47,256 bases of DNA, taken from NCBI GenBank assembly GCA_937892865.1, contig CALBJG010000148.1, forward strand, positions 1 to 47,256, written 5' to 3'. Within the stretch, counting starts at the first letter, position 1; the number at the start of each line of letters is the position of its first letter. The DNA comes from an uncultured Clostridia bacterium (GTDB lineage Bacteria; Bacillota; Clostridia; Oscillospirales; Oscillospiraceae). Below are positions 1 through 10,728 of this stretch, piece by piece. Both the position numbers and the translations under genes were made by a program. The notes beneath the pieces were generated by a model, which ran no database searches, was not told the origin of the DNA, and saw only the letters and a program-made list of their open reading frames with translations.

Positions 1-586
1 AGATGGAGGTAACAGCCTGCTTCAGAACATCGTCAGCGATGCCGAAAGCGTTGGCGAAGGTGATCTTCTGATCGGTGACGTACTTCAGACGGTCATTGGG
101 GATGATGATCAGGGAGTCCACTTTTTCAGACAGAGCGGCAATACCCTGCTCAGCCTGACGCATACGGTTTGCGCCCTCGAACTTGAAGGGCTTGGTCACG
201 ATCGCAACGGTCAGGCAGCCTGCCTCACGTGCCAAGTCAGCCACGATAGGTGCTGCGCCGGTACCGGTGCCACCGCCCATACCGGCAGTGATGAAGACCA
301 TATCGGTATTCTCCAGAACCTTAGCGATCTGGGCTCTGCTTTCCTCGGCAGATTTCTGACCGATCTCAGGCTTGGAACCTGCGCCCATACCATTGGTGAG
401 TTTTTCACCGATCTGGATCTTATTCTCGCAGTTGGACTTATTCAGGTCCTGCTTATCGGTATTGATAACCACAAAGTCAACGCCACCGACGTTAGCCTCG
501 ATCATACGGTTAATAACATTGTTACCGGCGCCACCGACACCGATTACTTTGATCTTAACGACTCTCTGTTGGAACATTTCACTCAT
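1..586 (-). CDS. ftsZ: Cell division protein FtsZ (3' part runs off the window)
   Basis: Manual translation from ATG at 586: [28 protein letters not shown]...GAGSKPEIG...[16 protein letters not shown] (tubulin signature GGGTGTG). RBS GAGGAG at 600-595. Absent from the ORF track because it has no stop in the window. Confidence 0.98.
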   Translation of the reverse strand, partial: MSEMFQQRVVKIKVIGVGGAGNNVINRMIEANVGGVDFVVINTDKQDLNKSNCENKIQIGEKLTNGMGAGSKPEIGQKSAEESRAQIAKVLENTDMVFITAGMGGGTGTGAAPIVADLAREAGCLTVAIVTKPFKFEGANRMRQAEQGIAALSEKVDSLIIIPNDRLKYVTDQKITFANAFGIADDVLKQAVTSI

Positions 587-659
587 TTTACGTTCTCCTC
601 CTATGTATCGTTTTGCAGGAAAGACATTCTTTCTGCTTTAACTACAATTGTACTTGTAT

Positions 660-688
660 ATTCTATCTCGAAAAAGTCATTTGGTCAA
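660..688 (-). promoter_or_regulatory. Putative sigma-A promoter of ftsZ
   Basis: TTGACC (688-683), 17 bp, TAGAAT (665-660) in the ftsQ-ftsZ gap. Confidence 0.6.
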
Positions 689-730
689 TAGAAAATCTGT
701 TTTTTCAGCAAATATTTTACAAATAATTCT

Positions 731-1645
731 TCATTGGGGCAATTCATTAAAGCAAACATTCTCGCTTAAAGTGAAACTTACATCCAGCGCGCCGGTTTGA
801 TACGGTCCCCGCTGATCGATCGCCTGCTTCATATAAGAAATTTTCTTTTCCATTTGGGAACTGTCCCCTAAATTGATCTGATATCGTGTGCCGTACCACA
901 TCTGAAGCCGCGCCATATCGCTGACATCGATGCTGACCATCTCACCGATCACACCATTTTTTTCCAGTTTTCCAAGAATATCCAAAACCACTGCCAGTCG
1001 CTCACTGCCTAAAACCGTGACCGGTTTGGTAGGAGCAGAAGGATCTGTTTCTGATGCAGCCGCTTCTGCCGCAATGCATTTTTCCGCCACCGTGGGTTTC
1101 GTGATCTTTACGCCGATGATCTTGGTGATCGCATCCGCTTCGCCGGCTGTGGTTTTTTCCACAACTGTACCATCATAAGCGATTTTCCACCAACTGCCGT
1201 CATCTGCTTCCACAGCATAAGTAACAGCCAATTCCTTTATTTCAATATTTACGGTATCCGGCAATTTTATTCCTATACGGATCGTATCTACATACGGAAG
1301 CGCTTTTTTGATTTTGCTATATGCTCGTTCTTTATTCAGTGTCAGCAGATTCTCACCATTCTGAATGCCGGAGGCTTCCCATACATCCCAGGCGGTGTAC
1401 TTCACCGTTCCGGACACAGTGCTTTTTTCTATATTCACCTTAAAAAAGATGGTCATACCGAACAATAACGCCAGCACTACAGCGGCTACCGTCACAAGAC
1501 GCAGAACAAAACGGCGGCGGTTGAACACTTCCGGTTGGGTATATACCACATCCGAAGATCGCTTGTTTTGCCCTGGTCTTCTCTCTGTTCTTCTTTGCCG
1601 TACGGCTGTGTTACCACCGGACGGTCTTCTTTCTCTTGTATCCAT
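731..1645 (-). CDS. ftsQ: FtsQ/DivIB-type cell division protein (POTRA domain)
   Basis: Basic N-terminal tail, single TM helix, POTRA-like segment (...LPYVDTIRIGIKLPDTVNIEIKE), position between murG and ftsZ. Confidence 0.85.
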   Translation of the reverse strand: MDTRERRPSGGNTAVRQRRTERRPGQNKRSSDVVYTQPEVFNRRRFVLRLVTVAAVVLALLFGMTIFFKVNIEKSTVSGTVKYTAWDVWEASGIQNGENLLTLNKERAYSKIKKALPYVDTIRIGIKLPDTVNIEIKELAVTYAVEADDGSWWKIAYDGTVVEKTTAGEADAITKIIGVKITKPTVAEKCIAAEAAASETDPSAPTKPVTVLGSERLAVVLDILGKLEKNGVIGEMVSIDVSDMARLQMWYGTRYQINLGDSSQMEKKISYMKQAIDQRGPYQTGALDVSFTLSENVCFNELPQ

Positions 1646-1660
1646 GGCTCTCTCCTTTTC

Positions 1661-2785
1661 TCAGGGTTTTGCCAGTTTGAAAATAATATCGCAAAGGCGT
1701 TCTGCAGAATCCAAAACAACCATACTGTGCAACGCTTTTCGCATTTCTTCCCGCTGTTTGGTGTCGTTCACCAAAGCGCAGATCTGCTCCCACAGTTTTT
1801 CCGGCGTACAATCTTTTTCCAGCAACAAAACTGCCGCGCCTTTTTCAGACAATGCCCGGGCGTTTTTCTCCTGATGATTATCCGTTACATTGGGCGACGG
1901 GATCAGAATACAAGGTGTACCCGATGCGGCGATCTCATTGCAACTGGAAGCGCCTGCCCGGCTGATGATCACATCTGCCGCAGCCATTACTGTTGGCATA
2001 TTGTAAAGGTATTCTTTCATTTGGATACCTTTATTTTCTGTCAGATCCACACCTTTTGACCGGACAAGATCCGGCATCCAAGGCCATCCGTAACTGCCAA
2101 CCGCGTGGATGTGTTGAAACGGATATCCGGCGTCTTTTTCCATACGGAAGATCTCTGCCATTGCCTCGTTCATCGCTTTCGCGCCCTGGCTGCCAAAAGC
2201 AGAAACGATCACCGGTCTTTCGTCCAATTCCAGTTCCCTGCGGGCATCTGCTTGCTTTGTGAAGATAAATTCTCTGCGCACCGGCATTCCCACTACCTCT
2301 ACCCGCTCCGGATGGCGGTAGTACTTTGCGCTTTCCGGGAAGCAGGTCAGCACCCGGTCCACCCGGTCAGCGATCAGCCGTGTGGTAAGTCCCGGCATTG
2401 CATTGGATTCGTGGACGCAGGTAGGTACTTTCAGCATACTGGCTGCCATCAGCGCAGGGAAACTGGCATAGCCGCCGGTGCCGATCACCACATCCGGTTT
2501 AAACTCCCGGATGATTTTTTTGCAGCCTTTGATTGCGGTGAGAACACATTTTACTGCGTTTACATTTCTCTTAATGGCTTTGAAAGTTTTCCCCCGTGCC
2601 ATACCCATCGCAGGAAAAGTGATCAGTCGGTAACCGGCTTTCGGTACCAGTTCCTCTTCCATATTGTCCTCTCCGCCAATGAAGAGGATATTGCTGTCGG
2701 GGTAACGCTCTTTCCATATATTCGCCACAGCGATAGCCGGATTGATATGTCCGGCAGTGCCGCCGCAGGTAAAAATCAAGTTCAT
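1661..2785 (-). CDS. murG: Lipid I N-acetylglucosaminyltransferase MurG
   Basis: GGTAGHINPA, GTGGYAS, HESNAMPG, FGSQGA, SRAGASS and HQEKNA motifs. Start moved to ATG 2785 (GGAGG RBS; ATGA overlap with the ftsW stop). Confidence 0.97.
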   Translation of the reverse strand: MNLIFTCGGTAGHINPAIAVANIWKERYPDSNILFIGGEDNMEEELVPKAGYRLITFPAMGMARGKTFKAIKRNVNAVKCVLTAIKGCKKIIREFKPDVVIGTGGYASFPALMAASMLKVPTCVHESNAMPGLTTRLIADRVDRVLTCFPESAKYYRHPERVEVVGMPVRREFIFTKQADARRELELDERPVIVSAFGSQGAKAMNEAMAEIFRMEKDAGYPFQHIHAVGSYGWPWMPDLVRSKGVDLTENKGIQMKEYLYNMPTVMAAADVIISRAGASSCNEIAASGTPCILIPSPNVTDNHQEKNARALSEKGAAVLLLEKDCTPEKLWEQICALVNDTKQREEMRKALHSMVVLDSAERLCDIIFKLAKP

Positions 2786-3957
2786 ACGACATCCTCCTGT
2801 ACTGCCGCCCGATCCCGGGCCCGGGAAATACTGAGTACGATCCCCATCTCCCCTAAATTTACCGCAAGGGCTGTACCGCCGTAAGAAAAGAACGGCAGTG
2901 CAATACCGGTAGATGGCAGAAGATTGGTAACAACGCATAGATTTAAGATCGTCTGTACTGCAATCAATGTAACAAGACCGGCGCAAAACACCGTAGAAAA
3001 CCGGTCCGGCGCCCGCAGAGCGATCCAGTAGCCACGCAATATCAGCGCAGCAAAAAGAATGATGATCAAAACCGCGCCGATCAGGCCCAGTTCTTCACAA
3101 ATAATTGCGAAAATATAGTCATTATATTGAAACGGCAAATACAGATATTTCTGTCTGCTTTTGCCGAATCCCAAACCAAACAAGCCGCCGGAGCCAATGG
3201 CATACAGCGATTGCAAGATCTGATAACCGGTATCCCCCGGGTCTTTTTCCGGGTGTAGCCAAGCGGTGATCCGGTCCCCTGCGTAGCCCATAATGCTGAC
3301 ATAAACGACCACAAATACCACAGCCACGCCTGCGCCTGCCAGCAGCCATTTGGGATGGGTTCCGGCTACGAACATCATTACCACCGCCACCATACCCATC
3401 AGCATAATGGCAGATAAGTGTTTTTCAAGAGCCAGTGGCACTAAAATTCCCAACAACGCGCCGCTGAAACCCAATACACCGTAGCGAAATTCCCGGGCAT
3501 AAGAGCCGAAGCCTTTTGTCAGCCGGGCAAACAGCAGGATCATCGTGAATTTTGCGATCTCCGATGGCTGAAACTGCAATCCTGCAATATTGATCCATCG
3601 TTTTGCGCCATTGACAGATTCGCCGAACAGCAAAACGCACAGCAGAAGCAAAATACCTACACCGTACAAAGGCCAGGCTGTCCGATACCAAAAGGATGCC
3701 GGGATCCGGCTCAAGACGAACATTGCCACCAATCCAATGGCGGCGCAGGCGCCTTGCTTTTGCAAATACCGGGTGGAATCCGTATAACCGGTATCGTACT
3801 CACTTTGGGCAAAACTTGCGCTGTAGAGCATCACAAGCCCCACCGCAAGAAGCAAAAGTAAGATCAACAAAAATGGAACATCAACAGTTTCTCCCGTCCG
3901 GCGAAAGACCAGACGACGGTTCTCTTTGGCATAGACGCGTTTGCGTTCTATTGCCAT
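2782..3957 (-). CDS. ftsW: SEDS-family peptidoglycan glycosyltransferase FtsW/SpoVE
   Basis: NGAKRWI, FQPSEIAK, GYQILQSLYAIGSGG, LPSTGIALPFFSYGGT; multi-TM; between mraY and murG. Confidence 0.93.
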   Translation of the reverse strand: MAIERKRVYAKENRRLVFRRTGETVDVPFLLILLLLLAVGLVMLYSASFAQSEYDTGYTDSTRYLQKQGACAAIGLVAMFVLSRIPASFWYRTAWPLYGVGILLLLCVLLFGESVNGAKRWINIAGLQFQPSEIAKFTMILLFARLTKGFGSYAREFRYGVLGFSGALLGILVPLALEKHLSAIMLMGMVAVVMMFVAGTHPKWLLAGAGVAVVFVVVYVSIMGYAGDRITAWLHPEKDPGDTGYQILQSLYAIGSGGLFGLGFGKSRQKYLYLPFQYNDYIFAIICEELGLIGAVLIIILFAALILRGYWIALRAPDRFSTVFCAGLVTLIAVQTILNLCVVTNLLPSTGIALPFFSYGGTALAVNLGEMGIVLSISRARDRAAVQEDVV

Positions 3958-3972
3958 ACAAATTTCCTTTCT

Positions 3973-4947
3973 TTAGATGCGACCGCAAATACCAAACCAG
4001 GCAAGGATACACATCAACGCAGAAATCGCCGTAAAGACCAGCACGATCTTTACCTCTTTCCATCCACACATTTCAAAATGATGATGAATGGGACTCATTT
4101 TAAACAGCCGTTTGCCGTGGGTCAGTTTAAAGTATCCTACCTGCAAGATCACGGACAGTGTCTCCACAATGTAGATAAACCCCACCGGGATCAACACCAA
4201 AGGCATATCCAGTGCAAAGGCCAAAGCGCATACCGCGCCACCCAAGAACAGCGATCCGGTATCGCCCATAAAGACTTTTGCAGGATGCCAGTTATAGAAA
4301 AGATATGCGATTAACGCGCCGGTAAGTGCGCCGGGCAGCAATGCCAGATCGAAGCGTTTCGTTGCGATGGCAGTTGCTGTGAAGAAAACCATCACGGGAA
4401 TGGTAACACTGCCGCAAAGACCATCGACGCCGTCAGTAAGGTTCACTGCATTGACGCATCCGACCATTACGAACATCGCAAAGAACAAATATACAAGCAG
4501 ATGGATGTGTACCGTAACGTTAACAAAGGGGATATACAGATCTGTCGTCAGACTTCCCTGCTTGTAAAGCAAGTACAGAAACAGCGCAGAAACAGCCATT
4601 TGCAGTAACGCCTTCTGCAAAGAAGACAAGCCCAGATTTCGCTTAAATTTCGCTTTAAAAAAGTCATCCAAAAAGCCGATCAGTCCAAAGCACAGACTCA
4701 ACAGCAAAACATAATACACAGAATAGTCCTTCACAGAAGGCAGAAAGATCAGCAAGCACAAAATCACCGCGCCGATGAACATCAAGCCACCCATCATAGG
4801 CGTGCCGGCTTTACTGTTATGCCAGGTAGGGCCCAATTCACGAATGGATTGACCTGCTTTCAGCGCCCGGAGGATGGGCAGAAGCAAGTAACCCAATGCG
4901 CCGGAAAATGCCGCGCCCAATACCACTGCCATTATGATTCTTTCCAT
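3973..4947 (-). CDS. mraY: Phospho-N-acetylmuramoyl-pentapeptide transferase
   Basis: KAGTPMMGG, GFLDD, NAVNLTDGVDGL, VFMGDTGS, PIHHHFE. Start set at ATG 4947 behind GGAGGAG. Confidence 0.97.
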   Translation of the reverse strand: MERIIMAVVLGAAFSGALGYLLLPILRALKAGQSIRELGPTWHNSKAGTPMMGGLMFIGAVILCLLIFLPSVKDYSVYYVLLLSLCFGLIGFLDDFFKAKFKRNLGLSSLQKALLQMAVSALFLYLLYKQGSLTTDLYIPFVNVTVHIHLLVYLFFAMFVMVGCVNAVNLTDGVDGLCGSVTIPVMVFFTATAIATKRFDLALLPGALTGALIAYLFYNWHPAKVFMGDTGSLFLGGAVCALAFALDMPLVLIPVGFIYIVETLSVILQVGYFKLTHGKRLFKMSPIHHHFEMCGWKEVKIVLVFTAISALMCILAWFGICGRI

Positions 4948-4964
4948 GTTCTCTCCTCCGTATA

Positions 4965-6323
4965 TCAATCTTTTGCCAAGAACTGTTCCAACGCCAGATT
5001 CATTCGCATACCGTTACTGCCTTTAAACAGCAGAACATCACCAGGCTTTGCTTTCGCCCGTAAAACATCCGCAAGTTTCTCTCTGTCATCAAAGGCCATC
5101 GCCTGGTGTTCGTCCATTCCGCCGGTCACCGCGCCCTGGATGACCCGGGAACTGTTGGGACCGTAGGCCAATACCATATCTGCATTTTCCGCCACGATCC
5201 TGCCGACTTTATAATGCTCTGCAGGAGCGCAGGAACCAAGTTCCAGCATATCCCCAAGAACAGCGATCCTCCGTCCTGCCCGCTTGCCTAAAACCTGCAG
5301 TGCGGCGCGCATAGACTCCGGGCCTGCGTTGTAGCAATCCCGGATAATGGTAAAACCGTTTGTTTCAAATATCTCCTGCCGGCCTTCCATATTTTGGAAA
5401 GCAGCCAAACTGCTGCTGATGTTTGTGGGTGTTACACCCATCGCCAAGCCAACGCTGACAGCCGCCAGCGCATCGGAAATATAGTGTTCTCCCTCCAAAG
5501 CAAGTCTGACGCCAAATCTCTCGCCGCCATTCTCCACGACAAATTCCAAACCGCTGTCCGTCTCTTTTACATCGGTTCCACGGACTGCGCAATATGCATT
5601 TTTTACGCCGAAGAACACTGGGGAAATGTCTTTCCGCTCACTGACTTCCCAGAGTTTGTCATTATCGCCGTTAAGCAGGATCTTGCCATCTTCTGACAAC
5701 CCCTCCAGGATCTCCATTTTTGCTTTTAAGATTCCGTCACGGGTGCCAAGGTGTTCAATGTGCATCGTACCCACATTGATGATCACCGCAATATCGGGCT
5801 TTGCAATGTTTGTCAAGTAAGCGATCTCCCGGAAATGATTCATGCCCATTTCCAGCACCGCAACTTCCGTATCTTCCGGCATACCCAAAATTGCCATTGG
5901 CATACCGATATCGTTATTGTGATTTACCGGTGTTTTGCTGACCCGGTATGTACTTTCCAGCACGCAGGCAGTCATCTCTTTGGTTGTGCTTTTTCCCACA
6001 GAGCCGGTAATACCAACAACTTTCATACCGATCCGCTGACGTTCCTGCCGGGCAATGTCACCCAGGGCGATCCGTGTATCCGGCACAACGATTGCCGGAT
6101 AATCTCCGTCGCAGCGGTTGCACAACACCGCAGCAGCGCCGTTTTCAAAAGCCGCATTGATAAAATCGTGACCGTCTCTTGCCCCTTGCAACACGACAAA
6201 CAACTGACCCACCTGCAATTTGCGGGTATCGTTATTTGCGCCGAAAAACGAAACATCGGCATATTTGGGGTCGATTTTACCACCGCACCATTCGGCAGCC
6301 TGCCGCAATGTGATTTTTCCCAT
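4965..6323 (-). CDS. murF: UDP-MurNAc-tripeptide--D-Ala-D-Ala ligase
   Basis: GITGSVGKSTTKE, LEMGMNH, DCYNAGPESM, LGDMLELG, KGSNG. Start ATG 6323, just after the murE stop. Confidence 0.96.
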   Translation of the reverse strand: MGKITLRQAAEWCGGKIDPKYADVSFFGANNDTRKLQVGQLFVVLQGARDGHDFINAAFENGAAAVLCNRCDGDYPAIVVPDTRIALGDIARQERQRIGMKVVGITGSVGKSTTKEMTACVLESTYRVSKTPVNHNNDIGMPMAILGMPEDTEVAVLEMGMNHFREIAYLTNIAKPDIAVIINVGTMHIEHLGTRDGILKAKMEILEGLSEDGKILLNGDNDKLWEVSERKDISPVFFGVKNAYCAVRGTDVKETDSGLEFVVENGGERFGVRLALEGEHYISDALAAVSVGLAMGVTPTNISSSLAAFQNMEGRQEIFETNGFTIIRDCYNAGPESMRAALQVLGKRAGRRIAVLGDMLELGSCAPAEHYKVGRIVAENADMVLAYGPNSSRVIQGAVTGGMDEHQAMAFDDREKLADVLRAKAKPGDVLLFKGSNGMRMNLALEQFLAKD

Positions 6324-6324
6324 T

Positions 6325-7776
6325 TCAGTTCCTCGTTTCCTCCAGGTAGGCGGCAACGATCTCCCGTTCATCCAAATGATGCTTTACGCCGCAAATCTCC
6401 TGGTATGTTTCGTGGCCTTTACCAGCCAATACAATTATATCATTCTTTTCGCCAATGTCCATAGCCTGATGAATGGCAGAAATGCGATTTTCTTCCACTA
6501 TTACATTGTTTGCCGTTTCCGGAATGCCTGCAAGAATGTCGGAAATGATCGCCATAGGCGCTTCAGAACGGGGGTTATCGGAAGTAATGATGGCAATATC
6601 GGATATTTCTGCGCCAATTCTGCCCATAATCGGCCGTTTGATAGGATCTCTGTCGCCACCGCAGCCAAATACGCTGATCAATCTGCCCTTGCAGAAATCC
6701 TTTACAGAAGAAAGAACATTTTCCAATCCGTCCGGTGTATGGGCGTAGTCGATCAGAATGGTATAGGGCTTACCGGGTGTGGGGACTACCTCCACCCTGC
6801 CTTTGACACCTTCTGCGGTTTTTAATGCTTCGGCGGCTGATTTCAGGGAAATGCCCAGTTGCAAAGCAACGCCCAAAACTGTCAGCGCATTGTAGACAGT
6901 GAATTTACCGGGAATCGGCAACCGCACCGGTGTTTCTTCGCCGTTATAAACAGCGGTAAAGGAAACACCGTCAGATTCCAGCGCCGCATCCTTCGCCCAA
7001 AGATTTGCCTGTTCTTTTGCAGAAGTCATAAGAACCGGGCAGGCTGCCTTTTTCAGCATACGCCCCACCCAGGGATCATCTCCGTTTGCCACGGCTTTCT
7101 CACAACGGGCAAACAGTTCTGCCTTTGTATCGCAATAGTTTTCCATAGTTTTGTGGAAATCCAGATGGTCTTCTGTCAAATTAGTAAATGCCGCAACTTT
7201 AAAAGGGATCCCCGCCACTCTGTCCAGCGCGATGGCGTGTGAGGATACCTCCATTAAAACATAGGAGCAGCCTGCATCGCGCATTTTGGCAAGGAGCGCC
7301 TGCAAGTCCAAACTTTCCGGCGTAGTTCTGTCTGAAGGAACTGCGTCCTGACCGATCATAACAGACATTGTGCCGATAAGACCCACTTTTGCACCTAAAA
7401 CTGTCTCCAGAATATGCTTGATCAAAAGCGTAGCGGAGGTTTTTCCGTTTGTTCCGGTTATGCCGATCATATTCAAAGTCTTTGCGGGATGACCGTAGAA
7501 ATTACTGCCTAACTGCGCCAGCGCCAACCGATCGGACCGGACGAGAACATAAGGCACATTTCCTGCAGGTTTCACCTGAGTGACTACGGCAACTGCGCCT
7601 TTTTCCAATGCCATAGGGATATATCGGTTGCCGTCGGTAACAAAGCCGGTTACGGCAACGAACAAACTGCCGGCATTCACTTTTCTGGAATCATAGACAA
7701 TATCTGTAATTTCTGTGTTCAGTTCCACATTGGTTTCCAACACATCTATATTCTGCAGTAAATCGATCAGTTTCAT
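6325..7776 (-). CDS. murE: UDP-MurNAc-dipeptide--meso-DAP ligase
   Basis: GITGTNGKT, MEVSSH, DYAHTPD, FGCGGDRD, DNPR (DAP-specificity motif), AGKGHE. Confidence 0.97.
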   Translation of the reverse strand: MKLIDLLQNIDVLETNVELNTEITDIVYDSRKVNAGSLFVAVTGFVTDGNRYIPMALEKGAVAVVTQVKPAGNVPYVLVRSDRLALAQLGSNFYGHPAKTLNMIGITGTNGKTSATLLIKHILETVLGAKVGLIGTMSVMIGQDAVPSDRTTPESLDLQALLAKMRDAGCSYVLMEVSSHAIALDRVAGIPFKVAAFTNLTEDHLDFHKTMENYCDTKAELFARCEKAVANGDDPWVGRMLKKAACPVLMTSAKEQANLWAKDAALESDGVSFTAVYNGEETPVRLPIPGKFTVYNALTVLGVALQLGISLKSAAEALKTAEGVKGRVEVVPTPGKPYTILIDYAHTPDGLENVLSSVKDFCKGRLISVFGCGGDRDPIKRPIMGRIGAEISDIAIITSDNPRSEAPMAIISDILAGIPETANNVIVEENRISAIHQAMDIGEKNDIIVLAGKGHETYQEICGVKHHLDEREIVAAYLEETRN

Positions 7777-7794
7777 ATTATCTCCTTTTTGCTG

Positions 7795-10131
7795 TCAATC
7801 GGCAGCATGCGTATCGGTAAATTCCAATTGTATCGTCGTACCTGCGGCGGTTTCCGTTTCTTTTGGGATCGATTGGGCTGTCACCACCACGCCGGGCGCA
7901 ACATCCGGATTTCCGCTGACCAGAATGTTAAGGCCCAGCGCGCCGGCGGCATCACTTGCCTGCTGGCGGTTCATACCTATAAAATCCGGAACTTTTACCA
8001 TTCTTTGTTCCGGTATTTCTCCACAGTAAAGAAGCACTTCGCCGTCTCCCGGAATGACTGCTCCGGCAATGGGGATCTGCGCCGTTACATTTTCATCCGT
8101 TCCCAGGGTTTTTCCGGTGATACCCAATTCTTTCAGCGATTTCTCCGCCTCTTTTAATGTCAGTCCGGTCAGGTCCGGTACAACCACTTTTCTGCCTGCC
8201 GCGTCTTCTTCCGAAAAGTTTTGATCCACTTCCAAGTAAGGCAGGATATCTTCCATAACTGCGCCTACAGTAGGCGCTGCCATCACACCACCGGAGATGT
8301 ATATCCCCGTTTTGCGGGATGGCGTGTCCAGAGCGACAAGCACAATATATTCCGGATCGTCCATTGGCGCGATCCCCACAAAGGACACGATCTTATCCTG
8401 CACCCGCTGACCATTTTCATCGAAAACATCGATCTTTTCACTGGTGCCGGTCTTCCCGCCAATATCATACCCCGCGACAGCGGCATTTTTTGCCGTTCCT
8501 TCTGTAACTACACTGCGAATCAGTTCACGCATCGTTTCTGATGTTTTTTCACTGATCACCTGCCGCAGGACCGTCGGTTCCTGTTTTAATACTGTGTTTC
8601 CATCTGCATCTATCACTTCGGAAACGATATATGGTTCCAAAAGATAGCCACCGTTGACTACAGATGCAATTGCGCGAACAAGTTGCAGCGGTGTCAGTTT
8701 AAATGTCTGTCCGAAAGAGCCGGATGTCAGGGATGCCGTTCCCCATTTATTGGTATCGGTGACCAATGCTTTATCAAAGAATACCCCTTTACTCTCCCCT
8801 GCCAGGTCGATCCCGGTTTTTTCCAGTACACCGAATTTTTCGATGTAGTCGTAAAACCGCTGACCGCCCAATTTCAGAGCGATATGGGCAAACGCAATGT
8901 TGCAGGAATTCTGCAACGCCTGGGGTGTTTGTTCCGAGCCATGCCCGGTGGAACGCCAGCAGTGAAGCCGCTGAGATCTTCCGGGGATCTGCTCCGCACC
9001 GGAGCAGTGAAAGCCGGTATTTAAGTCAATCGCGCCGCAATCCAGCGCAGCCGCCATCGTCAACACCTTAAAAGTGGACCCCGGCTCATATCCGTCCGAA
9101 ATACAACGGTTGCGCCACTGTTTCAGTTGCGCAAGTTGCAGCGCTTTTTGATAGATTTGTTTTTTCTTAATATACGTTTCCGAGCCTTCCTTCTCCTGCA
9201 AATAAGCAAGACGCAGTTGCTCCAGATCCTTGGCGGTATTATCGTCCAGTATTTCCAGATAACGATTGGGGTCATAATTCCCCAAAGTCGCCATTGCCAA
9301 AATCTCACCGGTTTTGGCATTCATTACCATACCAAACGCGCCGTTTTGCACATCATACCGGGCAATGGCTGATTCCATTTGATTTTCAAGACACGCCTGC
9401 ACCGTGGCATCCAAAGTCAGTACCACATCGCAACCTTGTTGGGAACTGACATATTTTTCGTAGGAAAAGGGCATATCCATTTCGTTATTGCCCTTGGTTG
9501 TGATCACCCGTCCTGCGCTTCCCTCCAAAAAACTGTTATACGCCGCTTCGATCCCCTCGGAGCCGGTATTGGATGCATTGGTAAATCCTACGACCTGTGC
9601 GGCAAGGGTGCCGTATGGATAATACCTTTGGGTGTTGGGCTCCAGATGGATCCCGGAAATCCCCTTTTCATTGATATAACGGCGGACCTTCCCGGCGGTT
9701 TCTTCATCCACACGGGCGGCGATCTGCTTATAGCGCATTTTCAGGTCCGCTGCCTGCTCACGGATCCAGGCAGGGTCCAGATTTAGTATTTGTCCCAGTT
9801 GTTCTGACAAGTCCTGAACATCTGCTTTGGACTGCTTCAGTTCGTGGGGATCCAGGTATATGTTTTCCACGCCTTTCGAGCAAGCAAGGACATTCATATT
9901 TCGGTCGTATATCATCCCCCGCTGGGCTGTGATCGTAGTAGACCTTGTCTGATTTTTCAGAGCCAAATCTGCATAATAGTCATAATCCGTAACCATAAGG
10001 CCATACAGCCGCAAAGAAACCGGCACAAATGCCAAGATACCCAAAACGGCTCCGATCGCTATAATTCTTTGGTGCTGTCCGGTATCTCCCCGAAGGCGGA
10101 GATACTCTTGTTTCCGCTTTCTGCGTCCCAA
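7795..10131 (-). CDS. Class B penicillin-binding protein (FtsI/SpoVD-like) with two C-terminal PASTA domains
   Basis: N-terminal TM, RGMIYDRN, EPGSTFK (SxxK), SCN, KTGT, two VPD-type PASTA repeats; TTG start with GGAAGGG RBS. Confidence 0.93.
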   Translation of the reverse strand: MGRRKRKQEYLRLRGDTGQHQRIIAIGAVLGILAFVPVSLRLYGLMVTDYDYYADLALKNQTRSTTITAQRGMIYDRNMNVLACSKGVENIYLDPHELKQSKADVQDLSEQLGQILNLDPAWIREQAADLKMRYKQIAARVDEETAGKVRRYINEKGISGIHLEPNTQRYYPYGTLAAQVVGFTNASNTGSEGIEAAYNSFLEGSAGRVITTKGNNEMDMPFSYEKYVSSQQGCDVVLTLDATVQACLENQMESAIARYDVQNGAFGMVMNAKTGEILAMATLGNYDPNRYLEILDDNTAKDLEQLRLAYLQEKEGSETYIKKKQIYQKALQLAQLKQWRNRCISDGYEPGSTFKVLTMAAALDCGAIDLNTGFHCSGAEQIPGRSQRLHCWRSTGHGSEQTPQALQNSCNIAFAHIALKLGGQRFYDYIEKFGVLEKTGIDLAGESKGVFFDKALVTDTNKWGTASLTSGSFGQTFKLTPLQLVRAIASVVNGGYLLEPYIVSEVIDADGNTVLKQEPTVLRQVISEKTSETMRELIRSVVTEGTAKNAAVAGYDIGGKTGTSEKIDVFDENGQRVQDKIVSFVGIAPMDDPEYIVLVALDTPSRKTGIYISGGVMAAPTVGAVMEDILPYLEVDQNFSEEDAAGRKVVVPDLTGLTLKEAEKSLKELGITGKTLGTDENVTAQIPIAGAVIPGDGEVLLYCGEIPEQRMVKVPDFIGMNRQQASDAAGALGLNILVSGNPDVAPGVVVTAQSIPKETETAAGTTIQLEFTDTHAAD

Positions 10132-10235
10132 TTTGTCCCAACCCTTCCGTTAGCCTTTAAGCCTCGAATGGGCAGCAAGGGAATCCCTCGCCGCCCATTG
10201 CAGCTACTATTCTAACTTATTGATTGGAACGCACT

Positions 10236-10703
10236 TTATGCAAACAATCCTGTGAGGAATGCCGTTACACTTTCCCAAAAGCCCTCTGCAGGCTGCTCTT
10301 CCTGGGGTGTATCCATTCGAATTGGGATCTGCTGCGCCTGCTCTGCAGGTACCATACCAAGCGCCAATGCCGTTTTTTCTACCTGCTGCAGATCATAACC
10401 GCTGGCATATTCATTTTGCAGCATCGCCTGCTCAGTCTTAAGTGTTTCTACATATTGCGCCATTTGGATGTTCTTTTCCCGGGCTGCTTGCACCTGAAAC
10501 ACACCCACCACCATCAAAATCAACAAAACCAATGCGGTAATGGTACCGGCCAATGCCAACGGGTCTATCGGAATGATGATTTTTGTCTGCTTTGCCACCC
10601 GGGGTTTTCTTGCCGTCTTCTTGGGTGTGGCGATCTCTATTTTACGCGCGGCACTGCCGGCTGTATAAAATTGAACATATTGAATAGCCGTCCGTTGTGC
10701 CAT
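10236..10703 (-). CDS. ftsL: FtsL-like cell division protein
   Basis: Single TM then coiled coil ending ...VEKTALALGMV; located between rsmH and the PBP gene. Confidence 0.75.
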   Translation of the reverse strand: MAQRTAIQYVQFYTAGSAARKIEIATPKKTARKPRVAKQTKIIIPIDPLALAGTITALVLLILMVVGVFQVQAAREKNIQMAQYVETLKTEQAMLQNEYASGYDLQQVEKTALALGMVPAEQAQQIPIRMDTPQEEQPAEGFWESVTAFLTGLFA

Positions 10704-10728
10704 AGCGTTTCACCCTTTCGTTTGGAAT

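Noticed and set aside
2786..2986. N-terminal extensions in the ORF track (murG here; also mraY, murF, mraZ, clpC-like, ferredoxin, methyltransferase, rsmI, spmB, araC, rpsU, leuS, ftsY)
   Set aside because: They overlap upstream genes or promoters; downstream starts have good RBSs and match family N-termini.
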